63,256 bases of DNA from Octopus bimaculoides. Its lineage: Eukaryota. Below the pieces are notes generated by a model. The model saw nothing but the letters and a program-made list of their open reading frames with translations, had not been told where the DNA came from and did no database searches. Below, one piece after another: positions 25,796 through 35,760 of the stretch. The DNA is taken from assembly GCF_001194135.2 (NCBI RefSeq), contig NC_068995.1, positions 12,455,609-12,518,864 on the forward strand, written 5' to 3'. Positions within the stretch are counted from its first letter, which is position 1; every line of letters begins with the position of its first letter. The position numbers and the translations under genes were made by a program.

Positions 25796-26030
25796 ATATA
25801 CTTCCCATATATAACCAGAGACAGTCGGAGTTTTCATTCTCCTTCCATTGATATAAACACCAGCCAAAGATAGCCCCAAAAATACACTCCAACAACCCTA
25901 CCAAAACGCCCTGAAGCATTCTATAGTCTTATCTTACATATACATTAAATCTGAAGAGAACTAAAAGTGTTTGACAATAGTTAAGCTCGATAATGGTGAA
26001 CTTTCTACTAGACGAAAGTAACAATTACTT

Positions 26031-26286
26031 TTTGTGGCACTCCGTCGGTTACGACGACGACGGTTCCAGTTGATCCGATCAACAGAACAGCCTGCTCGTG
26101 AAATTAGCGTGCAAGTGGCTGAGCATTCCACAGACACGTGAACTCTTAACGTAGTTCTCGGGAAGAACCTGCGTGACACAGAGTGTGACAAGGCTGGCCC
26201 TTTGAATTACAGGTACAACAGAAACAGGAAGAAAGGGTGAGAGAAAGTTGTGGTGAAAAAGTACAGTAGAGTTCTCCACCAGCCCC
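26031..26286 (-). mobile_element. SINE family B, 3' two-thirds
   Basis: High identity to the reverse complement of 35140-35390. Confidence 0.95.
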
Positions 26287-26689
26287 ATATATGTGTGTAT
26301 ATATNNNNNNNNNNNNNNNNNNNNNNNNNNNNNNNNNNNNNNNNNNNNNNNNNNNNNNNNNNNNNNNNNNNNNNNNNNNNNNNNNNNNNNNNNNNNNNNN
26401 NNNNNNNNNNNNNNNNNNNNNNNNNNNNNNNNNNNNNNNNNNNNNNNNNNNNNNNNNNNNNNNNNNNNNNNNNNNNNNNNNNNNNNNNNNNNNNNNNNNN
26501 NNNNNNNNNNNNNNNNNNNNNNNNNNNNNNNNNNNNNNNNNNNNNNNNNNNNNNNNNNNNNNNNNNNNNNNNNNNNNNNNNNNNNNNNNNNNNNNNNNNN
26601 NNNNNNNNNNNNNNNNNNNNNNNNNNNNNNNNNNNNNNNNNNNNNNNNNNNNNNNNNTATATATATATATATATATCTGTGTGTGAGTG

Positions 26690-26889
26690 TTTGTCCCTCT
26701 CCCACTTGACAACTGGTGTTGATGCGTTTACGTCTTCATACCTTACCAGTTTGGCAAAAGAAAGCGATAAAATAATTACCAGACTTAAAAATATTTAACA
26801 CTGGGGTTGATTCATTCAAGTAAAAATTCTTCAAGGCGGTGCCTCAGCATGACTGCAGTCTAATGACTGAAACAAGTAAAAGATGAAAG

Positions 26890-26892
<3 letters not shown>
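26690..26892 (+). mobile_element. SINE family A, 3' half
   Basis: CTTGACAACTGGTGTTG...TTCAAGGCGGTGCCTCAGCATGACTGCAGTCTAATGACTGAAACAAGTAAAAGA. Confidence 0.9.
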
Positions 26893-26938
<46 letters not shown>

Positions 26939-28044
26939 CATATATATAATACAAATAATATATGAGTATATGCATATGTACGTACATGTATGTACATACC
27001 TACATCTACTAGTATATATAGACGCATATCTGGGTACAGGACGTTGCAAAGAAAAAACGTGGACAAAATGATAAACAGAGTACGGAAAACACACACACCA
27101 CATAGAGAACATATATATGTATGCATGTGTGTGTGTGCGTACATCCATCCATACATACATTTATACATACATATATACATGCGTACGTGCATAAGTCCAT
27201 ACATTTATGAAAGCATATTTAAATGCATGCAATCTCATCTAAATTTCTGCCAATTGAGAAACATAAGAAGCCTGATGTAGTAGTTTGTGAGAGAAACGAA
27301 AGTTATGCAGGTTTTGATGACAGCTGTTGAGCAGATGTGAATAATTTTATGGCGTCCATTGAGAATGAGAATATTTATATAAAACATCTTCGAAACCTAT
27401 ATTTCCTCTACTTTGATGATTTTAGATTTTTATCTTCAATTATCGATGGATTTGGTTCTGCTACTAAAAGTCTCTGTGGCTATCTCGAAAAGCTGAAGTC
27501 TCAGACATCGAACGTGACCAGCTAAAAAGCACTTTCGATATATATATAAGCGAAATATACTATATTTAGAAGCTGATTATAGAGATATACTTGAGGAATC
27601 TTGGAGATCTAAAGCCTGATGATGCAAAATCTTCGTGTGCATTGTCGAGAAAATGGTCAAAGATTGTTGTTGTGGATATTTAACCCCAGGCAAGCACTGA
27701 TCGAGAAGCTCTATAATCGAAGAATTTCTAGCTGGGGCTATAACTGGTGGTCAAGCATTTTGCATCTATGTAACATTTTTGAAGCGGTAGGATTTGATTA
27801 GAGGAAGAGGGAGTGGCTATTCCAAGCCAGATGACCTACGACCTGGCGCGGCGTACATTGATGCCATGTCACTCCAATTGCTCACAATAAAAAAGGAAAA
27901 CAAAACATAACCAAAAAAGAAAGAATGACCGGATTGTTCTAAAAAATATTCTGAAGCAAATGAAAAGCCTGATCACCAAGTTTCGTTTGCCATCTCTTGA
28001 CAAATATTCTTGACTAATATGGCTGAAGAGCAGGAATTGTAGGA

Positions 28045-28173
28045 GAGGGAGTACGTCGATTACATCAACCTCAGTGCTCAACTGAAACTTATTTTATCAA
28101 TACCGAATGTATGAGAGGCAAAGTCAACCCCGGTGGCATTTGAACTCAGGACGTAAAGTCGGAAGAAATACAG
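28045..28173 (-). mobile_element. Diverged SINE family C fragment
   Basis: GAGAGGCAAAGTCAACCCCGGTGGCATTTGAACTCAGGACGTAAAG matches the reverse complement of the family C body. Confidence 0.65.
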
Positions 28174-29290
28174 AGCACTTGAGCTCATCTCTATATGGAG
28201 CTGACGTTAGGTACCTATGCTCAAACTGAGATTAGTGATACTGCATGAGCCCATTGATATGTGCAAGGAGGATGTAATACGACACAACGCTATATTGATT
28301 ACGATGTTTCCAGATCAACACCAACATTTTAAATTAGGTATGTACAAAATCAGTCAAAAAATTAGGAAACTCCACTCATTTACATTTTCTAATAGATTAC
28401 GAAAATTGGCGACACTTATAGCATCATCGTAGAGCAGCGCTCCATTTACTTAATACACTAAATTTCACAGTTAGATTTTGCTATAGCGCACATTTCCCAC
28501 TGAACTTAACCAGAGTATTTTCGTGACTAGGTGGACACTAGTTTGATAGTTGAGCTCTGATTGCCTGTATGCACTTGAGTTCATAAATGGGGTCAGGAAC
28601 TCTCGTGGGAAAAAAAATTTCGCTGCCCAGTCAAGGAACCGAACGCATGAGCTTAGGGTCATGAATCGAATTCTGTAACTAGAAGCCCACGCACCAATAC
28701 AAATCAGTAAATAAAAATAAATAAAAAGTGGATACAGATTCTTGGCAACAATTTTTGTCAGGGATACAAAAAACAAAAACAAATAAAATACAAACAAACA
28801 AACAAAAAATGCAAAATACAAAACGAAGATGGAAGCACAATTATGACTGGCAAGCACGTTTTTTTTTATTAATGAATGTCATGCGTAGATAGTATTTCAA
28901 AGATCACTGACCTTTTCCATTCATTTTAATACAGCTGACCTTCCTTTTCTGTTATCCTAATATTTCACACGTCTGGTCTTTGTTGTTGATTCATGACTTA
29001 CGCAAACTTATTTACAAATAAGTAGTGAATAAATTTACATAAAAAAATAATAATATTCACAACAGGAATGGCAAATATTTATCTAGTCCTTTAGTCTATG
29101 TATTGCCATTGAGACAAGTGTTCAATAAATTCAGATCGATATGACAAGTGATTGCCTTGTGTGTGTGTGTATGTGCGTGTATGTGTGCGTGTGTGTTGTG
29201 TTGTGCTATGTTGTATGTGTGTGTGTCTGTGCGTGTGTAAGTGTTTTGTATATGTGGTGGGATGTGGTTAATGCTGTTTCTAATACACTT

Positions 29291-29470
29291 CTATATTTAA
29301 GAGATGAGGAATTATGTACATTATTTACATTAGTTACATTTCACGGATATTTGTCCTCATCTTGTTTGTTGTTAACACAACGATTCGGCTGATATACTCT
29401 CTAACCTTCATCAGGTGTCTTGGGGAAATTTTGATCCTGGGTTCTCATTCCTACTGTGTTTTTCAATTTT
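29291..29470 (-). mobile_element. Short PLE-like terminal repeat carrying a degenerate hammerhead (family H3, 29374-29419)
   Basis: Minus strand GACAC-CTGATGA-A-GGTT[..]AGCC-GAAT-CG-TT-GTGTT. Stem I is 5 bp and stem II 4 bp; the invariant GAAA reads GAAT here. The surrounding 180-bp sequence is recalled as an abundant octopus repeat. Confidence 0.6.
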
Positions 29471-29481
29471 ATTATTATGTG

Positions 29482-29580
29482 TAGTAGAAGATACTCACCA
29501 AAGATACCGTGCAGTGGGACTGAACCTGAAATCACATGGTTCCAAAGCGAGCTTCTTAACCACATAGCCACCTACATGGC
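29482..29580 (-). mobile_element. SINE family A, 5' fragment
   Basis: CCGTGCAGTGGGACTGAACC...CTTCTTAACCACATAGCCA. Confidence 0.75.
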
Positions 29581-30371
29581 TAACATCGTTAGGTGTTTAG
29601 CTCCATATAGTTTTGAGTAGGCAGTCAAATGGCGTTTGTTAAACACTTAAAAATTTGAAAATTCTGTTGGACAAGCAGAATAACTTATGTCGTTATATCA
29701 GAGGAAAAGAGATGTTGTGATGTTTATGGTTTTCACAAAAGTAGTGAGTGCTATTTAATGACACATAATAGCTTTAACTAGAGATTGAAAACTGAGTTGT
29801 GGTTTTGCTTTTTAAAATATAATTTATGTCAGATTTAGTGAACAACAGCGTCCGTAGTTACACATTTCTAATGAGGACAATTACTGATTTACTGTGCTTA
29901 TAACTACAACAGTACCTCTGTACAACACGTTGCCGAATAAATACAACATACGGTACTGTTTATCCATTTTCTTGCGGATGTTTACATTTTTTGCCGATAA
30001 ATTTTGTTGGCGTCTTTCGTCGTTTCAATGAATGATGGTCCAGGAACACACATCTGGATAACGTTTGCAGGAGTTTGCGAAACGAGCATCACCTTATGAC
30101 CGCCTGTTTGCCGGATCAATGCTGAAGGTTTCTCGTGGCATTCTCTACCTGTTCCTGACGCCGCGTTCCCTTTCGCTACTGGACTTACGAGGAAAGTACG
30201 ATTGTGTTTCGGTGCTGGGGTCTTAGTTTGAAGAACGACTTGAACGATGGATAATTATTGTGGGATAAGGTTTTACAGCACTCCTCTCTCTCTCTCTCTC
30301 GTCCTTCAAATTTGAACTGGTCTGATGCAACATTACCACAATCCCAGTCATTGTCAGGTGTTATTTGTATG

Positions 30372-30680
30372 AAGTTACCTTTTAGTGAAGGTGAGTGGCT
30401 TAGAGGTTAGGGCTGTGAGTTCGATTCCTGAGTGATGCGTTGTATCCTTGAAAAAGGCACTTTATTTCTCATTGCTCCAGTGCAGTCAGATGGCAAGAAT
30501 GAGTTGTATCTGTAATTCAAAGGGCCAGCCGTGTTACATTCTGTGTCGTGCTGAATTTCTCTGAGAACCATGTTAAGGGCACGCGTGTGTATGGAGTGCT
30601 CAACCGCTTGCACATTAATTTCACAAGTAAGCTGTTAGGTTGATAGAATCAAGTAGAACACTCGCAGTCGTAACTGACAG
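30372..30680 (+). mobile_element. Chimeric SINE: family D-type head and central domain with a family B-type 3' tail
   Basis: GAGTGGCTTAGAGGTTAGGG...GAGTTCGATTCCTG...TTGCTCCAGTGCAGTCAG...AATGAGT, then CTGTAATTCAAAGGGCCAGCC...GTTAAGGG. Confidence 0.75.
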
Positions 30681-31039
30681 AGATCCAGACCACCTACTTT
30701 TAGATGAGAAGCTGAAGAGCTGGAGTTTCTCATCTACTTTGGGTCTGTTGGGGTGTCAGCGAGTGACCTTCTTCGGAAAGTATTTCCGTGACATATCAAT
30801 TAACCAATCCCTGAGACACTGGGAGGTGAAACAACTCCGAGTCAGAGTAGATCTAAGAACAGTAGTGGGGAAGAGTCGGTTTAAATTCATATCAAGAACA
30901 ATCCAATACAGGAAAGATATTCCGCACTCCAAATACAATATTTTAGTTAACACAGTAATTAGGTCTGTCAGGTGCCTGAAGGCTCTTTTTAGCCCGAGGT
31001 TTTCTTGGTGTCCATGGCACATAACCGACTAACCTCTTT

Positions 31040-31182
31040 GTCACTGGGTTAGTCACAGTTGGTGCTGGTATTCACCTTTAGCTGAGTGAAGTGGAATAAC
31101 ACGAAATAAAAGATTCAGCCTTGGAATCGAAACCACAATCTTTCGATCGTGAGTTCAACACCCTAGCAACTAGTCCACGCAC
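31040..31182 (-). mobile_element. Diverged SINE family D 5' fragment
   Basis: Minus strand GCGTGGACTAGTTGCTAGGGTGTTGAACTCACGATCGAAAGATTGTGGTTTCGATTCC...CACTCAGCTAAA. Confidence 0.65.
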
Positions 31183-31628
31183 TTGGATACTGTATTTGTT
31201 AGAACACATTAAAGTCTGTAAAATGTTATTCTGCTTGTTAGCGCGTATGAGTCAGCGTGCTGCACATTCGAGAACATTAACTATGGAACAAAATCGGTGA
31301 CATAATCTTGCTAGTTGTTATAAATCATTTTATAAGCGTTGATAACGGTAACCTCATGTGGTCGATGCAATCAGCTAGAAAACATCGCTAGTCATTTTAT
31401 GATGATAATGAAAATAATTTATTTATGATGATGATAAAAGAAATCAACATAACTACGTGATATGATACCCTATATTAGTTCAAATATGTTATGTTATCAG
31501 TTGCTTTACAGGTGCTAGGGTAGATGGCTGACAGTATTCGTTCAAGACCTTTACGTTTCGAGTTCAAATCTTGCCGAGATTAACTTTGCGTTTTATCCTT
31601 CCATACTCCAGAAAGTAAAGTTCCTATA

Positions 31629-31755
31629 CAGTCTGTCCACAAAGTCTGGCTACATGGAGTAAATAAAATCATAACATAAACAATTAAATATAAGAAATAA
31701 TAATTTCTTAAAGTATGTGTTAATCCCCATGTACCCAAACTTTGTGGACACCCTG
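31629..31755. mobile_element. 127-bp MITE of Tc1/mariner type
   Basis: 29-bp terminal inverted repeats (31629-31657 and 31727-31755; 25/29 matches; consensus CAGGGTGTCCACAAAGTYTGGGTACATGG), TA on both sides (31627-28 and 31756-57), AT-rich non-coding interior. Confidence 0.85.
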
Positions 31756-32150
31756 TATAGTCTTGTGGTCGATTTATTCATCTCGCCCATTTATTGAAAT
31801 TTCGCGCTATGTGCCGAATACCATAAACGATTAGTAAGCTTTAGACTTGTTCGTACAAATATTATCATGAATAGGCAGGAACAACTATACAATCGAAATA
31901 CAAACCTTCAACAACTAAACTGTAGTGTTGTGGGGATATCGTATGAAATTGGATTAAAAGTCAGTCGGATGGACTGTGCCTCTTCTTGGGTGGTAGACCT
32001 GACTCTTAACCCAGTTAAACACCCCCTCACCTGGCACCTTTGAATATACTGTAGTATTTTAAAAACAAGTTAAAATCTAATTGCTCTTAGTTGTTATCTC
32101 GAATGTAAATTATTTGATAAACTTATCTATATCTGTCAGTCGTGATGAGG

Positions 32151-32205
32151 TGTAGAATTCAGCTGTAGAATTCAGCTGTAGAATTCAGCTGTAGAATTCA
32201 GCTGT
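32151..32205. repeat. 13-bp tandem repeat (TGTAGAATTCAGC) x4.2, perfect
   Basis: Four identical units read directly. Confidence 0.97.
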
Positions 32206-33071
32206 TTATGTCAAATTTGGTTGCTGTCGGGTTACAGGAAACGGGATAAAGCATGATTTTATTTAGCATGTTTTTTTCTCTTATTCTTTTTGTTTATGTC
32301 TTAGCAAGTGGGAGGAGATATACCAATGCTTATAAACTTTTTCAGGTGGAGGAGGGCAGCCAGTTATTATCAGACCGGGGTCTTAATACGAATACATTCG
32401 AAATATTAAACGTTAGTATTGTAAAGAATGGCATCATGTTGGTGGTGTTAAAGCCAGGCAACTAGACAAGTATAATACATACAGACAGATGAAGTTAATC
32501 TGACAGGTTTCTATACAATTTTGGTGGATACGACATGTTCTGGAGCGGCGAATTTTCCCCCGCCTAAATAAGGTCACTGATTCGATATTGACCTATTTGA
32601 CATGAGACATGTTGTCTCCGGGTCGTTGTCACACAGTAGTAATTTTGTTTTTATACTAGTTGATGACTAACTTGCAATTATAACTACTAAGCTACTTGAC
32701 TGAAAAACTTTGACTAGTGTTCTGCATCAATTTATATGTATGATGTTTGGTAAAATATTGACGCAACGTGGAAAGCATGTATATATGTATATATTTTTTG
32801 GCGAATGTGTGGGTGAGCATGTGTGTGTTTCAAGTGAGGGTGGATGAGTATATACATATAGGCGCATGTACGTGGGTGTGCGGGCGCGCATGTGTATGTA
32901 TGGACATGCGCGCTTATTCGATTACTATGAACATTTTTAATCCCTTAACTTTACTCCTTCCCCTCACTTAGCAGTCATTCGAATAGCCCTTTTGTCTTAA
33001 TAACGGTCAATCACACAGTAATTTCCCTTTGTTTTAACGGTCATTTTCATAGCATTTTTTTCGATGGCCTA

Positions 33072-33130
33072 ATAACTGAAGAGATGCCGGCGTGGGTTTT
33101 CGCCCCGACATCCGAAACTCGGAGTTTTAT
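33072..33130 (+). ncRNA. Type I hammerhead ribozyme-like motif, family H1 copy 2
   Basis: ATAA-CTGAAGA-GATGCCGGCGTGG-GTTT-TCGCCCCGACATC-C-GAAA-CTCGGAG-TT-TTAT. Core, stem III and downstream flank (to 33150) are identical to 5227-5306. Confidence 0.65.
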
Positions 33131-33172
33131 CATGGCTACCGAATAATTGTCACATATTATATTTACAGATAC

Positions 33173-33234
<62 letters not shown>

Positions 33235-33244
33235 ACGTCGATTT

Positions 33245-33362
33245 TTTTTTCAGTTTCTGTTTACCAAATCCTCTCACAAGGCTATTGCAGAAGGCACGCG
33301 CAGTGGGACTGAAACTGGAACCATGTGATTGAAAAAGGAATCTTCTTATAGCACAGCCTTCC
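33245..33362 (-). mobile_element. SINE family A, 5' half
   Basis: TTCAGTTTCTGTTTACCAAATCC...GGCACGCGCAGTGGGACTGAAACTGGAACCATGTG...GCACAGCC. Confidence 0.85.
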
Positions 33363-34468
33363 CTGTTCTTTTTATTTTGTTTAATCATTATTGCAACTCA
33401 TACATTTATTTTTTATAAAACAAAACACTACTCTGATTAATAATGTCCGTTCCGTTTTGTTTTCCCCCTATAATTGCTGAACTTTGCATCATTCGATCCG
33501 TCGATTCTTGTCGTGTAGGTTGAAGTCATTTCTTATGAAATTATTGGTTTAATGCATTCAAACCATGGCCATCCTGCTTTATTTTGCGTGTTAATTTTTT
33601 ATTTAGAAACCATATATATTCGGATCATGTTATCCAATGTTCCTTCCTGCCTATTCAAGAGAAGCTAGGGTGCAGATAGAGGGAGATTTGGTTGCTATTT
33701 TTAGTAGGATGAATGAGCAAATAATAGAGACTCCCTCATCAACTTGTTCGTCATAGTTGTAATTCTTGTTACTGTTTAACACAGGCCGATTCTGCTGAAA
33801 TAAATCTATCAATAAATACATTCCACCGATCACCATCTTCTCTGATACTTTAAGACAATAAACCTAGGACTACATAAACCAAACTGTCCTTCCTTTTTTT
33901 GAAAACAGTGAAGTCTAATGTAGATATCCTTAGCTGCTATTTATTGCAGTCTGAGCAACCATATTCAGGATTCTATCCTTTCTTCGTAGCTGTAGTAAGT
34001 TGACAGGGTGTTAATATCATACATCAACTATATAGAATTTCAGTTTTAGCTTCCTCTGTAAGTCGTTCCTGTATAAGCATATACATACACACATACTTAC
34101 CTACATACATATGTATATATTTATATATATATCTATATATATATTCTAGAGTTAATATTTATTATTATTTTTTTTAAATATCTTATCTTTCGTATTTTTT
34201 TTAATCAAAGACATATTTAATCTGTTATTAATGGAACTCTCCTGGGAGGAAAGAGAAAAAGATTCGAAATGATATACATACATGTGTGTGTAAAGTAATT
34301 GTGTGAGAACGATACGGTTCATATTTTCGAAGATCTAGATTTAGTTATTAAAATATACATATAAATATAAATAAAATAACACGAATATATGTGAAGAGAA
34401 AGCTTCTGGAGGCAATACAACTTTGAAGATAAAGGACTGAAAATATATGATTCTTTTTTTCTTCCCAG

Positions 34469-34576
34469 ATGTATTTAATAATGAAGCGACGGAAACGTGC
34501 TGTGGATTGGAGAGAAGATTCTGTTATGTAAATAGACGTCATGCTTCTAAGCATTATGATTGGAAAAGATCATTTG
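34469..34576 (+). CDS. Best exon candidate (108 nt, phase 1 to 1), xVFNNEATETCCGLERRFCYVNRRHASKHYDWKRSF(G); product unknown
   Basis: Near-consensus acceptor ttctttttttcttcccag| and donor TTG|gtaagt; length is a multiple of 3; only this frame is open throughout. No family recognised. Confidence 0.4.
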
Positions 34577-34601
34577 GTAAGTCTTTTTTTTTCTTTTAAT
34601 C

Positions 34602-34602
<1 letters not shown>

Positions 34603-34673
<71 letters not shown>

Positions 34674-34690
34674 GGTGATGGTGGTACTTG
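34603..34690. repeat. (AGT)n grading into (GGT)n
   Basis: Read directly. Confidence 0.95.
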
Positions 34691-35008
34691 TGGTGCTACT
34701 GGTGAGGCTGTTAAATGTAAGTAGTATGTCGATCAGATGAAAAGTGCTCTATCCATGACTTCTGAGTTCTCGTATAATCTTGGACTATGTTGACCAAGTA
34801 TCCATAGTAGGATGTGGTACCATGGAAGATTTTGCTGCTTTTTCTAGCAGGTTGAGTGACTGTGTAAAGTCTCATTCCTAGGCTCATGATAGGTACATCA
34901 GAGATTAGAAAGAACACGGCAAATCGATGGAAAGAAATGATGAATTTTGGAGGCCATCAAGCGGAAATTATGGTTCCATTTGCTTTTTCGTTTTGCATAT
35001 TCTGTTGT

Positions 35009-35391
35009 GGAGGCGCAGTGGCCCAGTGATTAGGGCAGCGGACTCGCGGTCATAGGATCGCGGTTTCGGTTCCCAGACCGGGCGTTGTGAGTGTTTATTG
35101 AGCGAAAACACCTAAAGCTCCACGAGGCTCCGGCAGGGAATGGTGGCAAACCCTGCTGTACTCTTTCACCACAACTTTCTCTCACTCTTACTTCCTGTTT
35201 CTGTTGTGCCTGTAATTCAAAGGGTCAGCCTTGTCACACTGTGTCACGCTGAATATCCCCGAGAACTACGTTAAGGGTACACGTGTCTGTGGAGTGCTCA
35301 GCCACTTGCACGTTAATTTCACGAGCAGGCTGTTCCGTTGATCGGATCAGCTGGAACCCGCGACGTCGTAAGCGGCGGAGTGCCAACAACA
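35009..35391 (+). mobile_element. tRNA-derived SINE, family B, full length with 10-bp TSD
   Basis: A-box-like TGGCCCAGTGA, B-box-like GGTTTCGGTTCC, tail TGCCAACAAC. TSD ATTCTGTTGT at 34999-35008 and 35392-35401. Confidence 0.97.
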
Positions 35392-35499
35392 ATTCTGTTG
35401 TAATTACCACAATTTCTAACAGGAGCGTTACATTTGTTTCGGTGACAAAAGCGGGACTTGAACTCACAACTCGCAAAGTTGGGTCTGCATGGTGCTCTA

Positions 35500-35760
35500 A
35501 GATTGGCACTTTATTTATAGACAGCAAGATTATGAATGGAAAAGTTGATCTCGTGGGGAATTTGAACACAGAGCGCAATGTTCCAGAACAAATACCGCAA
35601 AGCTTCCAATGCGAAGCTTCAATAATTCTACCAATCAACTACTCTGGACTGATTCTTTTTCATCAACCCCATAAAGATAAAAGGCAAAGTTAACCTTGCC
35701 GTGATTTGAACTTAGGCTGTAGTCAGTAGGTACAAATATTGTGAAGCATTCAAACCAACT
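35500..35760 (-). mobile_element. Two highly diverged SINE family C fragments in tandem
   Basis: ATGAATGGAAAAGTTGATCTCGTGGGGAATTTGAACACAG and ATAAAAGGCAAAGTTAACCTTGCCGTGATTTGAACTTAG both resemble the reverse complement of the family C body. Confidence 0.55.

Larger units (their letters stand above)
33620..34870 (+). repeat. Three diverged fragments of one interspersed repeat (about 33620-33730, 33864-33965, 34780-34870)
   Basis: Shared order of motifs GGAC/TAYRT..CCAA..TCC followed by GAT(T)T.GCTGCT(A/T)TTT.TAG.AGG in all three. The intervening DNA is not part of the repeat. Confidence 0.45.

Noticed and set aside
25946-25985. Possible seventh hammerhead: CTGAAGA-GAAC...GTTT-GACA
   Set aside because: GACA replaces GAAA, and no stem III, cleavage triplet or stem I could be formed.
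30640-31032. 130-aa gap-free ORF
   Set aside because: It begins with a TTG inside a SINE tail and is wedged between two SINEs; no domain was recognised and the opposite strand is similarly open.
35009-35080. tRNA-like sequence (also at 40687, 44510 and other SINE heads)
   Set aside because: There is no closed acceptor stem, and the sequence continues into a SINE body bounded by TSDs.
35234-35693. Recurring peptides such as EQPAREINVQVAEHSTDTCTL (also at 25961, 40817-41065 and 44198-44504) that look like a gene family
   Set aside because: They are translations of SINE family B copies on either strand, and the reading frames are not conserved between copies.
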